Assembly (NCBI GenBank): GCA_963742525.1
Contig: CAVUMD010000002.1
Span: forward strand, 168,025-232,024
Reading direction: 5' to 3'
Length of the DNA stretch: 64,000 bases
Source of the DNA: an uncultured Actinomycetes bacterium
GTDB lineage: Bacteria; Actinomycetota; Thermoleophilia; Gaiellales; Gaiellaceae
Shown: piece by piece, positions 30,517 through 40,437 of the stretch
How positions within the stretch are numbered: position 1 is the first letter of the stretch
Layout: the number at the start of each line of letters is the position of its first letter
The notes under the pieces: generated by a model
What the model was told of the DNA's origin: nothing
The model's input: only the letters and a program-made list of their open reading frames with translations
The model's database searches: none
Made by a program: the position numbers and the translations under genes

Positions 30517-31491
30517 TCAGTAAGCGGCGAGGTCGCGGAGCGCCGCCGCGACGTCCTCGACCTGCGGGATGTACGCCTTCTCGAGCGACGGCGCGAACGG
30601 CACCGGGCTGTCGGGCGCCGCGAGCCGCCGGACCGGCGCGTCGAGCTGCTCGAACGCCTCCTCGGCGATGGTGGCCGCGATCTCTCCGCCGAAGCCGCCG
30701 GTCTTCGTGTCCTCGTGGAGCACGAGAACCTTCGAGCACCGCTCGACGCTCTCGAGGACCGCCTCGCGGTCCCACGGGATCAATGTCCGGAGGTCGAGGA
30801 TCTCGACGGATACACCCTCCTCGGCCAGCTTGCCGGCGGCCTCGTCCGCCGTGTAGACCATCGCGCCCCACGTGATCACGGTCACGTCGTCCCCCTGGCG
30901 GTGGACGCGCGCCTTCCCGAACGGCGTCGTGTAGCGATCCTCCGGCACTTCGCCGCGGATCCGCCGGTAGAGGTGCTTGTGCTCGAAGAAGAGGACGGGA
31001 TTGGGATCCTCGATCGCCGTCGCGAGCAGCCCCTTGGCGTCCTCCGGCGTGGCGGGGCAGACGACCTTGAGGCCCGGGATGTGCGCAAAGCTCGACTCGG
31101 GGTTCTGCGAGTGGAACGGCCCGCCGGAGAAGCCGCCGCCGGACGGGAGCCGGAGGACGATCGGGATCGGCGTGCCCGTGCGGTAGTGCTGCTTCGCCGC
31201 GACCGTGACCAGGTGATCCCAGGCGCAGGAGACGAAGTCGGCGAACTGCATCTCCGCGACGGGGCGCATGCCCATCAGGGCCGCGCCGGTCGCGCCGGCG
31301 ACGATCGCGGTCTCCGACAGCGGCATGTCGAGCACGCGGCTCGCGCCGAACTCCTCCTGGAAGCCCTGCGTGACCTTGAACGCGCCGCCGTAGAGGCCGA
31401 CGTCCTCCCCGAGGACGAAGACGCGCTGGTCGCGCCGCATCTCCAGCCGCAGCGAGTCCGAGATCGCCTGGAGGTACGTCTTCTCCGCCAT
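30517..31491 (-). CDS. 2-oxoacid dehydrogenase E1 component beta subunit
   Basis: 324-aa transketolase-like pyrimidine-binding and C-terminal domains (VFVLGEDVGLYGGAFKVT...). Confidence 0.92.
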   Translation of the reverse strand: MAEKTYLQAISDSLRLEMRRDQRVFVLGEDVGLYGGAFKVTQGFQEEFGASRVLDMPLSETAIVAGATGAALMGMRPVAEMQFADFVSCAWDHLVTVAAKQHYRTGTPIPIVLRLPSGGGFSGGPFHSQNPESSFAHIPGLKVVCPATPEDAKGLLATAIEDPNPVLFFEHKHLYRRIRGEVPEDRYTTPFGKARVHRQGDDVTVITWGAMVYTADEAAGKLAEEGVSVEILDLRTLIPWDREAVLESVERCSKVLVLHEDTKTGGFGGEIAATIAEEAFEQLDAPVRRLAAPDSPVPFAPSLEKAYIPQVEDVAAALRDLAAY

Positions 31492-31501
31492 CAGCTCCGC
31501 C

Positions 31502-32545
31502 TCATCGGTGGTGGGGTGTCTCGAGCTCGTCGGGCGAGGCGAAGACCCCGTCCGTCACGGTCGACGGGTCGGGGACGGGGGACTCGTCGGCGCGCTGGAT
31601 CGCCTCGTTGAGGAGGCGCTTGACGCCCGCCGTGATGTCGTCCTCCTCGTCGTCGGTCATCTCGGCGTTGTCGCGGAGCCAGGTCCGGAAGCGCTCGATC
31701 GGATCGCGCCGCGCCCACTCCTCGAACAGCTCCTTCGGGACGTAGAACGCGTCGTCGTGTACGGCATGGCCCTCCATGCGGAGCGTGACCGACTCGATCA
31801 GGGTCGGGCCGCCGCCGTCGCGTGCCTTCTCGATCGCGTGCTTCGTCTCGCGGTAGACGGCGAGGACGTCGGTGCCGTCGACGACGACGCCGTCGAAGCC
31901 GTAGGAGGCCGCGCGATCGGCGAGATGGTCGACGGCGTACTCGAGGTGCGACGGCGTCGAGTACGCCCACTGGTTGTTGTCGATCACGAAGACGACCGGG
32001 AGGCGGCGGACGCCGGCGAGGTTCATCCCCTCGTGGGCGTCTCCCCGGGCCGCCGCGCCCTCGCCGCACCAGGCGACGGCGACGCGCCGCTCGTCGCGGA
32101 TCTTGAACGCCAGGGCCATCCCGACGCCGACGGGAAGCATCGCAGGAAGGTGGCTCACCATCGTATGGAGCCCGAGCCGCGAGTCGCCCATGTGGACGTT
32201 GCCGTCGCGGCCGCGGGTGGGGCCGTCCTCGCGGCCCATGTACTGGGCGAAGATGCGCCACGGCTCGATGCCGCGGGTGATGTGGACGCCCATGTCGCGC
32301 TGCAGCGGCGTGCCGACGTCGTTCGGCCCCATCGCCGTCGCGACGCCCACGGCGGAGGCCTCGTTCCCGCGCCCGGTGTAGAACGATCCGGGAATCTTCC
32401 CTTGCTTGTACAGGATGTGCCCGCGCTCCTCGACCGCCCGGGTGATGAGCATGTTGCGGTACATCCCGAGGAGGTCCTCGCGGTCGAGCCCCGCCTCCTT
32501 CACCTGTTGCAGCGTCTCGACCGGCTCGGCCTCGCGTACTGCCAT
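31502..32545 (-). CDS. 2-oxoacid dehydrogenase E1 component alpha subunit (TPP-dependent)
   Basis: 347 aa with TPP-binding region GEGAAARGDAHEGMNLAGVRRLPVVFVIDNNQWA. Confidence 0.9.
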   Translation of the reverse strand: MAVREAEPVETLQQVKEAGLDREDLLGMYRNMLITRAVEERGHILYKQGKIPGSFYTGRGNEASAVGVATAMGPNDVGTPLQRDMGVHITRGIEPWRIFAQYMGREDGPTRGRDGNVHMGDSRLGLHTMVSHLPAMLPVGVGMALAFKIRDERRVAVAWCGEGAAARGDAHEGMNLAGVRRLPVVFVIDNNQWAYSTPSHLEYAVDHLADRAASYGFDGVVVDGTDVLAVYRETKHAIEKARDGGGPTLIESVTLRMEGHAVHDDAFYVPKELFEEWARRDPIERFRTWLRDNAEMTDDEEDDITAGVKRLLNEAIQRADESPVPDPSTVTDGVFASPDELETPHHR

Positions 32546-32652
32546 GTGGACACATCCCTTCCTGGGCGACGGACGGCTAGGACTTTACCGGCTCGCCCGG
32601 CGGGCGAACGCCTGGCCGTCCTCGCCTACCACCGCTCGACCTAGAGTGCGGG

Positions 32653-32934
32653 GTGGCGATGGCGAAGCGGAACTGGATCCAGGAAGAACGCCGGCGGACA
32701 CTCGGCGACTGGGTGGCCTTCTGCCCGTCGTGCGGGCATGTCGTCCGGTACTTCGAGGACCTCGAGACGGAACGGCCGACCGCCTGCCCTCAGTGCGAGA
32801 CCGAGCTCGTCGGCCGATGCCCGTCCTGCGACGCGAGGCTCCCCTCCGCGTTTCAGGTCGAGTGCGAGGAGTGCGGCGCTCCACTCCGGGAGAACGAGCT
32901 CTTCGGCGGCCCCATCCGCCGCGCCGGCCGCTAG
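32653..32934 (+). CDS. zinc-ribbon protein (93 aa), function unknown
   Basis: Four CxxC pairs (CPSC, CPQC, CPSC, CEEC). GTG start. Confidence 0.5.
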   Translation: MAMAKRNWIQEERRRTLGDWVAFCPSCGHVVRYFEDLETERPTACPQCETELVGRCPSCDARLPSAFQVECEECGAPLRENELFGGPIRRAGR

Positions 32935-32964
32935 GGCTCGGCCGTTGGCGATGCAGATCGTGGC

Positions 32965-33063
32965 GGCCGGAGGCCGGCTTGGCCGGCCGGGAGGCCAGGC
33001 ACGGGTCGTCCGTGCGCTGCGCTGAAGGAGGGGGTCGGTGGGGGAACCATGGGTTCCCCCACC
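32965..33063 (-). repeat. ~100-nt structured intergenic repeat, copy A (minus orientation), directly 3' of the ASCH gene stop
   Basis: The reverse complement reads GGTGGGGGAACC-cat-GGTTCCCCCACC GACCCCCTCCTTC ... GGCC TCCC GGCCGGC caa GCCGGCC TCC GGCC. It aligns with copies B, C and D. Confidence 0.8.
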
Positions 33064-33064
33064 C

Positions 33065-33427
33065 TTAGAACATCGTCCCGACGATCTGCGAGAAGCGGAT
33101 CACCGTGACGGTGTCCTCGTGGGCGACCGGCCGGTTGTACAGCCGTGCCAGCCACTCGACGAACTCGTCGACGCGACGGATCTCGGGATTGTCGTGCTCG
33201 ATCTCACGTGGCGAGAGGTCGGAGAGCGGCTTGACGTCGACCTTGTCGATCACCGCGTCGAACACCTTCTCGCGCTGGCCGTACCGTGCGCCGACGAGGA
33301 CCGTCACGATCATGCCCTTGCGGTACTTGGCGGACTTGTCGCCCAGGCGGATCGTCGCGGTCTTGCGGCCCGTGCGGAGTTGGTCGGCCACGACCGGCGA
33401 GTAGAAGTTGAGCGCGAACGTCGGCAA
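33065..33427 (-). CDS. ASCH (PUA-like) domain protein
   Basis: 120 aa with the N-terminal motif LRTGRKTATIRLG typical of ASCH domains. Confidence 0.65.
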   Translation of the reverse strand: MPTFALNFYSPVVADQLRTGRKTATIRLGDKSAKYRKGMIVTVLVGARYGQREKVFDAVIDKVDVKPLSDLSPREIEHDNPEIRRVDEFVEWLARLYNRPVAHEDTVTVIRFSQIVGTMF

Positions 33428-33456
33428 GGCGTGTCGAGCCTAACGGCTCGAAACGC

Positions 33457-33906
33457 CTAGCGAAACCCTTCTGCGGTCACTGCCTCGAGCGCCTTCAGGG
33501 CCATCTCGCGCTCGCCGCCGTAGGAGAGCACGGTCGCCGCGTCGTCGAGCGGCACCCAGCGCGCCTCGGCGACCTCGATCTCCATACCCGGCGGCAGATC
33601 GCCGATGCGGCCGCCGACCGCGCGGAGGAGGAAGAACGAGACGACCTTGAACACGCGCTCGCCTTCCCAGGTGTAGACGTAGCGGACGTCGCCGAGCTTC
33701 CGCTCGCCCGCCGCGCGGAGCCCCGTCTCCTCGTGGACCTCGCGGATCGCGGTCTCGAGCCCGCGCTCGCCCTCGTCGATGAGCCCCTTCGGCAGGGCCC
33801 AGACCTGCGGCCGATGGCGCTCCCGACGCGGTCGCACGATGGCGGCCCACCAGCGTCCGCGCATCCGGCGGACGACGACGCCGCCGGCGGAGAACTGGCG
33901 AGGCAT
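33457..33906 (-). CDS. NUDIX hydrolase
   Basis: 149 aa with Nudix box GLIDEGERGLETAIREVHEETGL. Confidence 0.87.
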   Translation of the reverse strand: MPRQFSAGGVVVRRMRGRWWAAIVRPRRERHRPQVWALPKGLIDEGERGLETAIREVHEETGLRAAGERKLGDVRYVYTWEGERVFKVVSFFLLRAVGGRIGDLPPGMEIEVAEARWVPLDDAATVLSYGGEREMALKALEAVTAEGFR

Positions 33907-34006
33907 GCCTACGATTGTCGCCGATCGGAGCAGAACCGGAAATCTGCGTCGAGTGGACGCAGATCAACTGCCTCGCACACCGGCGCAACCTGCTATAACA
34001 CAGGTG

Positions 34007-34033
34007 TCGGCACTCTCATGTCGAGAGTGCCAA
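34007..34033 (+). promoter_or_regulatory. CIRCE element (HrcA operator) upstream of groES
   Basis: TCGGCACTC-tcatgtcga-GAGTGCCAA matches the consensus TTAGCACTC-N9-GAGTGCTAA. It lies 44 nt upstream of the groES ATG. Confidence 0.8.
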
Positions 34034-34076
34034 GAAGCCCGAAGTGTCCTGCAACTGTCTCTAGGGAGGCACACGT

Positions 34077-34409
34077 ATGAATCTGCAGCCCCTGGGTGAC
34101 CGCCTGATCGTGGAGGTCCTCGACGAGGAGCCCACCACGGCCAGCGGCATCGTGCTGCCCGACACGGCACAGGAGAAGCCGCAGCGCGGCAGGGTCCTGT
34201 CGGTCGGACCCGGCCCGCGCGACGAGGACGGGGAGTACATCAAGATGGACGTGGAGGAGGGTGACGAGATCATCTTCTCCAAGTACGGCGGCACCGAGAT
34301 CAAGATCGGCGCCGACGATGTTCTGATCCTGCGCGAATCGGATGTGCTCGCGAAGGTCGTAACCACGGGTGGCAAGGGCAAGCGCAAGCTCGCCGGCGCC
34401 GCCGCCTAG
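34077..34409 (+). CDS. groES: co-chaperonin GroES (with ~14-aa basic C-terminal extension)
   Basis: 110 aa (MNLQPLGDRLIVEVLDEEPTTASGIVLPDTAQEKPQRGRVLSVGPG...). The tail is TTGGKGKRKLAGAAA. Confidence 0.94.
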   Translation: MNLQPLGDRLIVEVLDEEPTTASGIVLPDTAQEKPQRGRVLSVGPGPRDEDGEYIKMDVEEGDEIIFSKYGGTEIKIGADDVLILRESDVLAKVVTTGGKGKRKLAGAAA

Positions 34410-36068
<1,659 letters not shown>

Positions 36069-36071
36069 CAA

Positions 36072-36169
36072 CGTGGGGGAACCACATGGTTCCCCCACGA
36101 GCCCCCTCCTTCCGGTCGTTCGCGGATCGAGCGGGCTTGGGCTCCCGCCGGGCAAGCCCGGCTCCGCCC
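36072..36169 (+). repeat. ~100-nt structured intergenic repeat, copy B, starting 4 nt after the groEL stop
   Basis: CGTGGGGGAACC-acat-GGTTCCCCCACG AGCCCCCTCCTTC ... GGGC TCCC GCCGGG caag CCCGGC TCC GCCC. Confidence 0.8.
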
Positions 36170-36195
36170 GCGAAGCACCTTTCACCAGAACGCTC

Positions 36196-36220
36196 GAGGG
36201 GCCGGCCAGTCCGGCCCCTC
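36196..36220 (+). terminator. hairpin downstream of groEL and repeat B
   Basis: GAGGGGCCGG-ccagt-CCGGCCCCTC, a perfect 10-bp stem followed by GTCGTTGG. Confidence 0.55.
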
Positions 36221-36340
36221 GTCGTTGGTGGCACGCGCGGCGGGCGCTAGCACCCGTGCGCGTCCTTCAGCACTCGGCAAGCGCGCGCCATCCGCGCGGG
36301 TGGTGCACAGGCTGCGTGTCGATCCGCAAGAATCGCTGCG

Positions 36341-37586
36341 ATGACGCTCTGGTCAGGCCGTGTCGGCGGGAAGCTCGACCCCGCCGTGTGGGAGCTGCTC
36401 CGTGCGAACGACGCGGAGCTCCTCCCGTACGACTGCGCGGCGACAGCCGAGCACGCGGCGCGGCTGCACGGCGCCGGCCTCCTCGACACGGATGAGCTCG
36501 CGGACGTCGAGGAGCGCCTCGCGGCGATCGCGCACGATCCGGCTGCACTCGTGAAGGGCGACGAAGACGTCCATTCCGCAATCGAGCGGCTACTAGGCCC
36601 GGTCGGTCGCAAGATCCACGCGGGGCGGTCGCGGAACGACCAGGTCGCCGCGGCGTTCCGCCTCTACGTCGCCGACGGCTGTGCCGAGGCGCGCGAGGAG
36701 ATCGACGCGCTCGCGCTCGTGACCCTGTCCTTCGCGGAGACGGAGGCGGAGACGCTGATGCCGGGCTACACGCACCTCCAGCGCGGCCAGCCGGTCACCC
36801 TCGGGCACCACCTGCTGGCATGGGTCGAGATGATCGACCGCGACCGCACGCGCTTCGCCGCCGCCGCGGAAGCCGCCGCGGAGAGCCCTCTCGGCGCCGG
36901 GGCGCTTGCCGGCTCGACGCTCGGGATCGACCCGCCGGCGTCCCAGATGCGGAACTCGGTCGATGCGGTCTCGGACCGCGACTTCGCGCTCGACTACCTC
37001 TACGCGGCCGCGATGCACGCGCAGCACCTCTCCCGGATCGGCGAGGAGATCGTCCTCTGGTCGACCGCCGAGTTCGGTTTCGTGCGCCTCCCCGAGAACG
37101 CCTCGACGGGGTCGTCGATGATGCCGCAGAAGCTGAACCCCGACGTCGCCGAGCTCGTCCGCGGCAAGGGCGGGCACCGCGATCGGGCGCCTCGCCGGGC
37201 TTCTCGCGACGGTGAAGGGCCTGCCGCTCGCCTACGACCGCGACCTGCAGGAGGACAAGCCGCCCGTGTTCGCCGCCCGCCGCGACGTCCGCGACTCGCT
37301 CCGGGGGATGACCGTGCTCGTCAGCGGTCTCGCCGCGAACCGCGAGCGGCTCGCCGAGGCCGTCGCCGACCCACTCCTGCTCGCCACCGACGTCGCCGAG
37401 GAGCTCGTCCGCGGAGGGATTCCGTTCAGGGAGGCGCACGAGCAGGTCGCCGCGTCGGTGCGCGACGGGACGTTCGCGGCAGGGACCACCGCTGCCGAGA
37501 GCGTCGCTGCGCGCCCGACCCCGGGCCCGGGCGGCGTGCGCGACGCGATCGCCTCGGCGCGGAAGCGTTTCGGCCAGGGCGTGTAG
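36341..37586 (+). pseudogene. argH: argininosuccinate lyase, interrupted by a single-base frameshift near 37168
   Basis: ORF 36341..37603 is ArgH-like up to ...GSSMMPQKLNPDVAELVRGK, then turns Arg-rich. ORF 37212..37586 carries the C-terminal part (KGLPLAYDRDLQEDK...). Deleting one G in AAGGGCGGG restores K-A-G-T-A-I-G-R-L-A-G-L-L-A-T-V-K-G-L-P. Confidence 0.85.
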
Positions 37587-37661
37587 CCGCGCCGCGGCTG
37601 TGACGCCGGCCGGTGCCGGCGGCGTATCTCCGGATGCAACCCACCTCCGGAGGACATCCAG

Positions 37662-38354
37662 ATGAAGCGCATCGCACTCGCCACCGGCCTCTTGTTCGTC
37701 GTCGCCGCACTCGCCGGCGTGCTCCGTCCCGACGGGGCCGGGGCGGCCGACCCGACAACGACGACCGACACGGTCAGCGTGACGGGAACAGGCTCCGTCG
37801 ACGCGGTGCCGGACCGGGCCGAGGTCTCCGCGGGGGTCGAGACGCGGGCCGCGACGGCGAAGGCGGCCCTGACCGCGAACGGCGCCGCGATGCAGAAGGT
37901 CATCGCCGCGCTCCGGGCGAACGGCGGCAAGGACGTCACGACGCAGACGGTCTCCCTCTCCAGCGCGTACGGCGACAACGGGCAGGCGAACGGCTTCGTC
38001 GCCTCGAACGTCGCCTCGGCGGAGACATCACTCGACGGGGCGGGTGCGCTGATCGACGCAGCGGTCGCCGCCGGTGCGAACACGATCTACGGCCCGTCGC
38101 TCTCGCGCTCGGACGCCGACGCGCTCTACCGGCAGGCGCTCGCGAAGGCCGTCGACGACGCGAAGGCCCGGGCCGAGATCCTGGCGAAAGCCGCAGGACG
38201 CTCGCTCGGCCGGGTGACGGCGATCGCCGAGTCCGGATCCGCTGCCCCTGTCCCGTACGCCGCGAAAGCCTCGGCAGCGCAGGACTCGACGCCCGTCGTC
38301 TCCGGCTCCGAGGAGACGACCGCGTCGGTGAGCGTCACGTTCGAACTGACCTGA
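37662..38354 (+). CDS. SIMPL/DUF541 family secreted protein
   Basis: 230 aa with a signal peptide, then ...VSVTGTGSVDAVPDRAEVSAGVE... typical of the SIMPL/26-kDa periplasmic immunogenic protein family. Confidence 0.75.
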   Translation: MKRIALATGLLFVVAALAGVLRPDGAGAADPTTTTDTVSVTGTGSVDAVPDRAEVSAGVETRAATAKAALTANGAAMQKVIAALRANGGKDVTTQTVSLSSAYGDNGQANGFVASNVASAETSLDGAGALIDAAVAAGANTIYGPSLSRSDADALYRQALAKAVDDAKARAEILAKAAGRSLGRVTAIAESGSAAPVPYAAKASAAQDSTPVVSGSEETTASVSVTFELT

Positions 38355-38360
38355 ACCCGC

Positions 38361-38395
38361 TTCGGCCGGGGCCTCGTCACGAGGCCCCGGCCGAA
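38361..38395. terminator. bidirectional hairpin between convergent SIMPL and amt genes
   Basis: TTCGGCCGGGGCCTCG-tca-CGAGGCCCCGGCCGAA, a perfect 16-bp stem. Confidence 0.65.
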
Positions 38396-38402
38396 AGTCT
38401 CC

Positions 38403-39797
38403 TCAGCCGGTCGCCGGTGCGGGGGGCGGCGCTGCGGGAGCGGGCGCGGCTCGCGGCGGTGAGACGCCGTGGTGGCCGTGGTGCTCCGTCCCATAGCCGC
38501 CGGGGACCGGGATGTAGAACTCGGGGTAGCCCCACATGCCGTGCTCGGAGACGTCGAGCCCGGCAGCTTCGACTTCGGGCTCCGTCCGGATCCCGACCGT
38601 CACCTTCATCACCCAGAGGATGAGGAACGACGCCGTGAAGGTGAACGCGCCCACCGCGACGAGGCCGAGCGCCTGGATGCCGAGCTGGTGAAGCCCGCCG
38701 CCGTAGAAGAGGCCGCCCTGGCCCCAATCGAGCGATTCCGCGAGCTTCGGCACGGTCAGGAACCCGAGCGAGAGCGTCCCCCACACCCCGGCCATGCCGT
38801 GCGCCGCAAGTGCGCCGACCGGGTCGTCGATCCCGATCTTCTCGACGAGGAGAACGCCGACCACGACGATCGCACCGGCGACGAGCCCGATGATGATCGC
38901 CGCCCACGGGGCGACGAACGCGCACGCGGCGGTGATCGCGACGAGGGCGCCGATCGCGCCGTTCAGCATCATCGAGAGGTCTGGCTTCCGGATCACGATC
39001 CAGGCGGTGGTCATCGCGCCGATGACGCCGGCCGCCGCCGCGAGGTTCGTGTTCAGCGCGACATAGGCGAAGAAGCCGACGCCGCCGTAGTCGACGCTCA
39101 GGGTCGAGCCGGGGTTGAACCCGAACCAGCCGAACCAGAGGATGAAGACGCCGAGCGTCGTGTACGCCATGTTGTGGCCGGGGATCGCCTGCGGCTTGCC
39201 GCCGACGAACTTCCCGATCCGCGGGCCGAGCAGCAGCGCGCCGGCGAGCCCAGCGAGAGCGCCCTGGTAGTGGACGACCGTCGAGCCGGCGAAGTCCTGC
39301 ATGCCCTTTGCGAACAGCCATCCGTCCCCGCTCCAGATCCAGTGGGAGACGACCGAGTAGATCAGCGTGTAGGCAAGACCGAACACGATGTACACCCAGA
39401 GGCGTGCCCGTTCCGCCATCGCGCCCCAGACGATTGCGAGCGACACTGCCGCGAACGCCGTCTGGAAGAGGAGCGCCGCGCCCGCCGGGATCGCGCCGAA
39501 CCACGAGAACGGCTCCTTGCCCACGGCAAGCAGCTCGTCCACCGTCGGCAGGAACCCGGAGCCGCCGACGATGCCGTTGCCGCCGTCGCCGAAGGCGAGG
39601 CCGAACCCGACGAGGTAGTAGACGATCGCCGCGATCCCGAGCACGAGCGCGTTCTTCGCGGCAATGTGCCCGACGTTCTTCATCCGCGTGAGACCCGCCT
39701 CGAGGAAGGCGAAGCCCGCCTGCATGAACAAGACGAGGACCGCCGCGATCACGACCCAGAGAGTGCTCGCGGCCAGGCCGAGCTCTTCCGTCGTCAT
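38403..39797 (-). CDS. amtB: ammonium transporter (Amt family)
   Basis: ORF 38403..40181 trimmed to ATG 39797 (MTTEELGLAASTLWVVIAAVLVLFMQAGFAFLEAGLTR...), an ATGA overlap with the PII gene stop. About 464 aa with a His/Pro/Ala-rich C-terminal tail. Confidence 0.92.
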   Translation of the reverse strand: MTTEELGLAASTLWVVIAAVLVLFMQAGFAFLEAGLTRMKNVGHIAAKNALVLGIAAIVYYLVGFGLAFGDGGNGIVGGSGFLPTVDELLAVGKEPFSWFGAIPAGAALLFQTAFAAVSLAIVWGAMAERARLWVYIVFGLAYTLIYSVVSHWIWSGDGWLFAKGMQDFAGSTVVHYQGALAGLAGALLLGPRIGKFVGGKPQAIPGHNMAYTTLGVFILWFGWFGFNPGSTLSVDYGGVGFFAYVALNTNLAAAAGVIGAMTTAWIVIRKPDLSMMLNGAIGALVAITAACAFVAPWAAIIIGLVAGAIVVVGVLLVEKIGIDDPVGALAAHGMAGVWGTLSLGFLTVPKLAESLDWGQGGLFYGGGLHQLGIQALGLVAVGAFTFTASFLILWVMKVTVGIRTEPEVEAAGLDVSEHGMWGYPEFYIPVPGGYGTEHHGHHGVSPPRAAPAPAAPPPAPATG

Positions 39798-40144
39798 ACG
39801 ACCTCCACCTCCTCCAGCTTCTGACCTGTCCTGTTGTGGGTCACGTTGGCGACGGGCGACATCCAGGCGATCCCGTCGCCGTTCGGATGCCCCGTGCGCG
39901 CGGCGTCGGCGATCGCCTCGACGACGCTCTCCGCGATCGCGTCGGGGACGACGAACGTGAGGTGCGCCTTGGGCAGGAACCGCGACTCGAACACGCGGCC
40001 GCGGTACTCGTGCGTGATCCCCTTCTCGCGGCCGTGCCCGACCGCCTCGACCACGGTCACGCCGACGTGGCCCGTCTGCTCCTCGACCGCCTCCATGACC
40101 GTCTCGACGCGGTCGCGGACCACCACAGCCTCCACCTTCATCAC
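39794..40144 (-). CDS. divergent PII (GlnB/GlnK-family) signal protein
   Basis: 116 aa that aligns with GlnB over its full length (VGHGREKGITHEYRGRVFESRFLPK...TGHPNGDGIAW). The T-loop is one residue longer. Tyr51 is replaced by Phe and Lys90 by Ile. Confidence 0.85.
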   Translation of the reverse strand: MMKVEAVVVRDRVETVMEAVEEQTGHVGVTVVEAVGHGREKGITHEYRGRVFESRFLPKAHLTFVVPDAIAESVVEAIADAARTGHPNGDGIAWMSPVANVTHNRTGQKLEEVEVV

Positions 40145-40168
40145 TCCGAATCACCTCCTCGGTCCACG

Positions 40169-40215
40169 AAAAAAGCCCCACCTCTCGCCGCGCGAGAGAT
40201 GAGGCGCCATTGCCT
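40169..40215 (-). promoter_or_regulatory. 5' leader element of the PII-amt operon: hexaloop hairpin overlapping a terminator-like hairpin plus U6
   Basis: The minus-strand RNA reads AGGC-AAUGGC-GCCU (40215-40202). GCCUCAUCUCUCGC-gcg-GCGAGAGGUGGGGC (40205-40175, 14 bp including 2 G-U) is followed by UUUUUU (40174-40169). It ends about 8 nt upstream of the GAGGAGG RBS. Confidence 0.55.
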
Positions 40216-40437
40216 GCCGCGGGGTCGTCGTCGTCCCCGCTGAGCCCACCCTAGAGAATCAGGCGGACCGCGCGCAAGTGCGAAGGTTCGGTTTTCCGCA
40301 CTGGCCGACCGCCGGAGCAGGGTGCTAGTCTCGCCCCGATGCTGCTCGGTATCTAGGACATCCGTTGCCGAGGCCCGCCTGGCGCGGAGCCTCTTTCTGC
40401 ACGTCCTGGATACCGCACTCGAAGGGAGAGCATCATC

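Noticed and set aside
36100-36112. On the reverse strand, each repeat copy reads GAAGGAGGGGG followed 3-14 nt later by GTG and ATG, which looks like a strong RBS plus start for a small peptide.
   Set aside because: The downstream reading frames are not conserved between copies; they run into unrelated flanking sequence. The RBS-like appearance is simply the complement of the pyrimidine tract. I report that tract as an anti-SD-like RNA feature instead.
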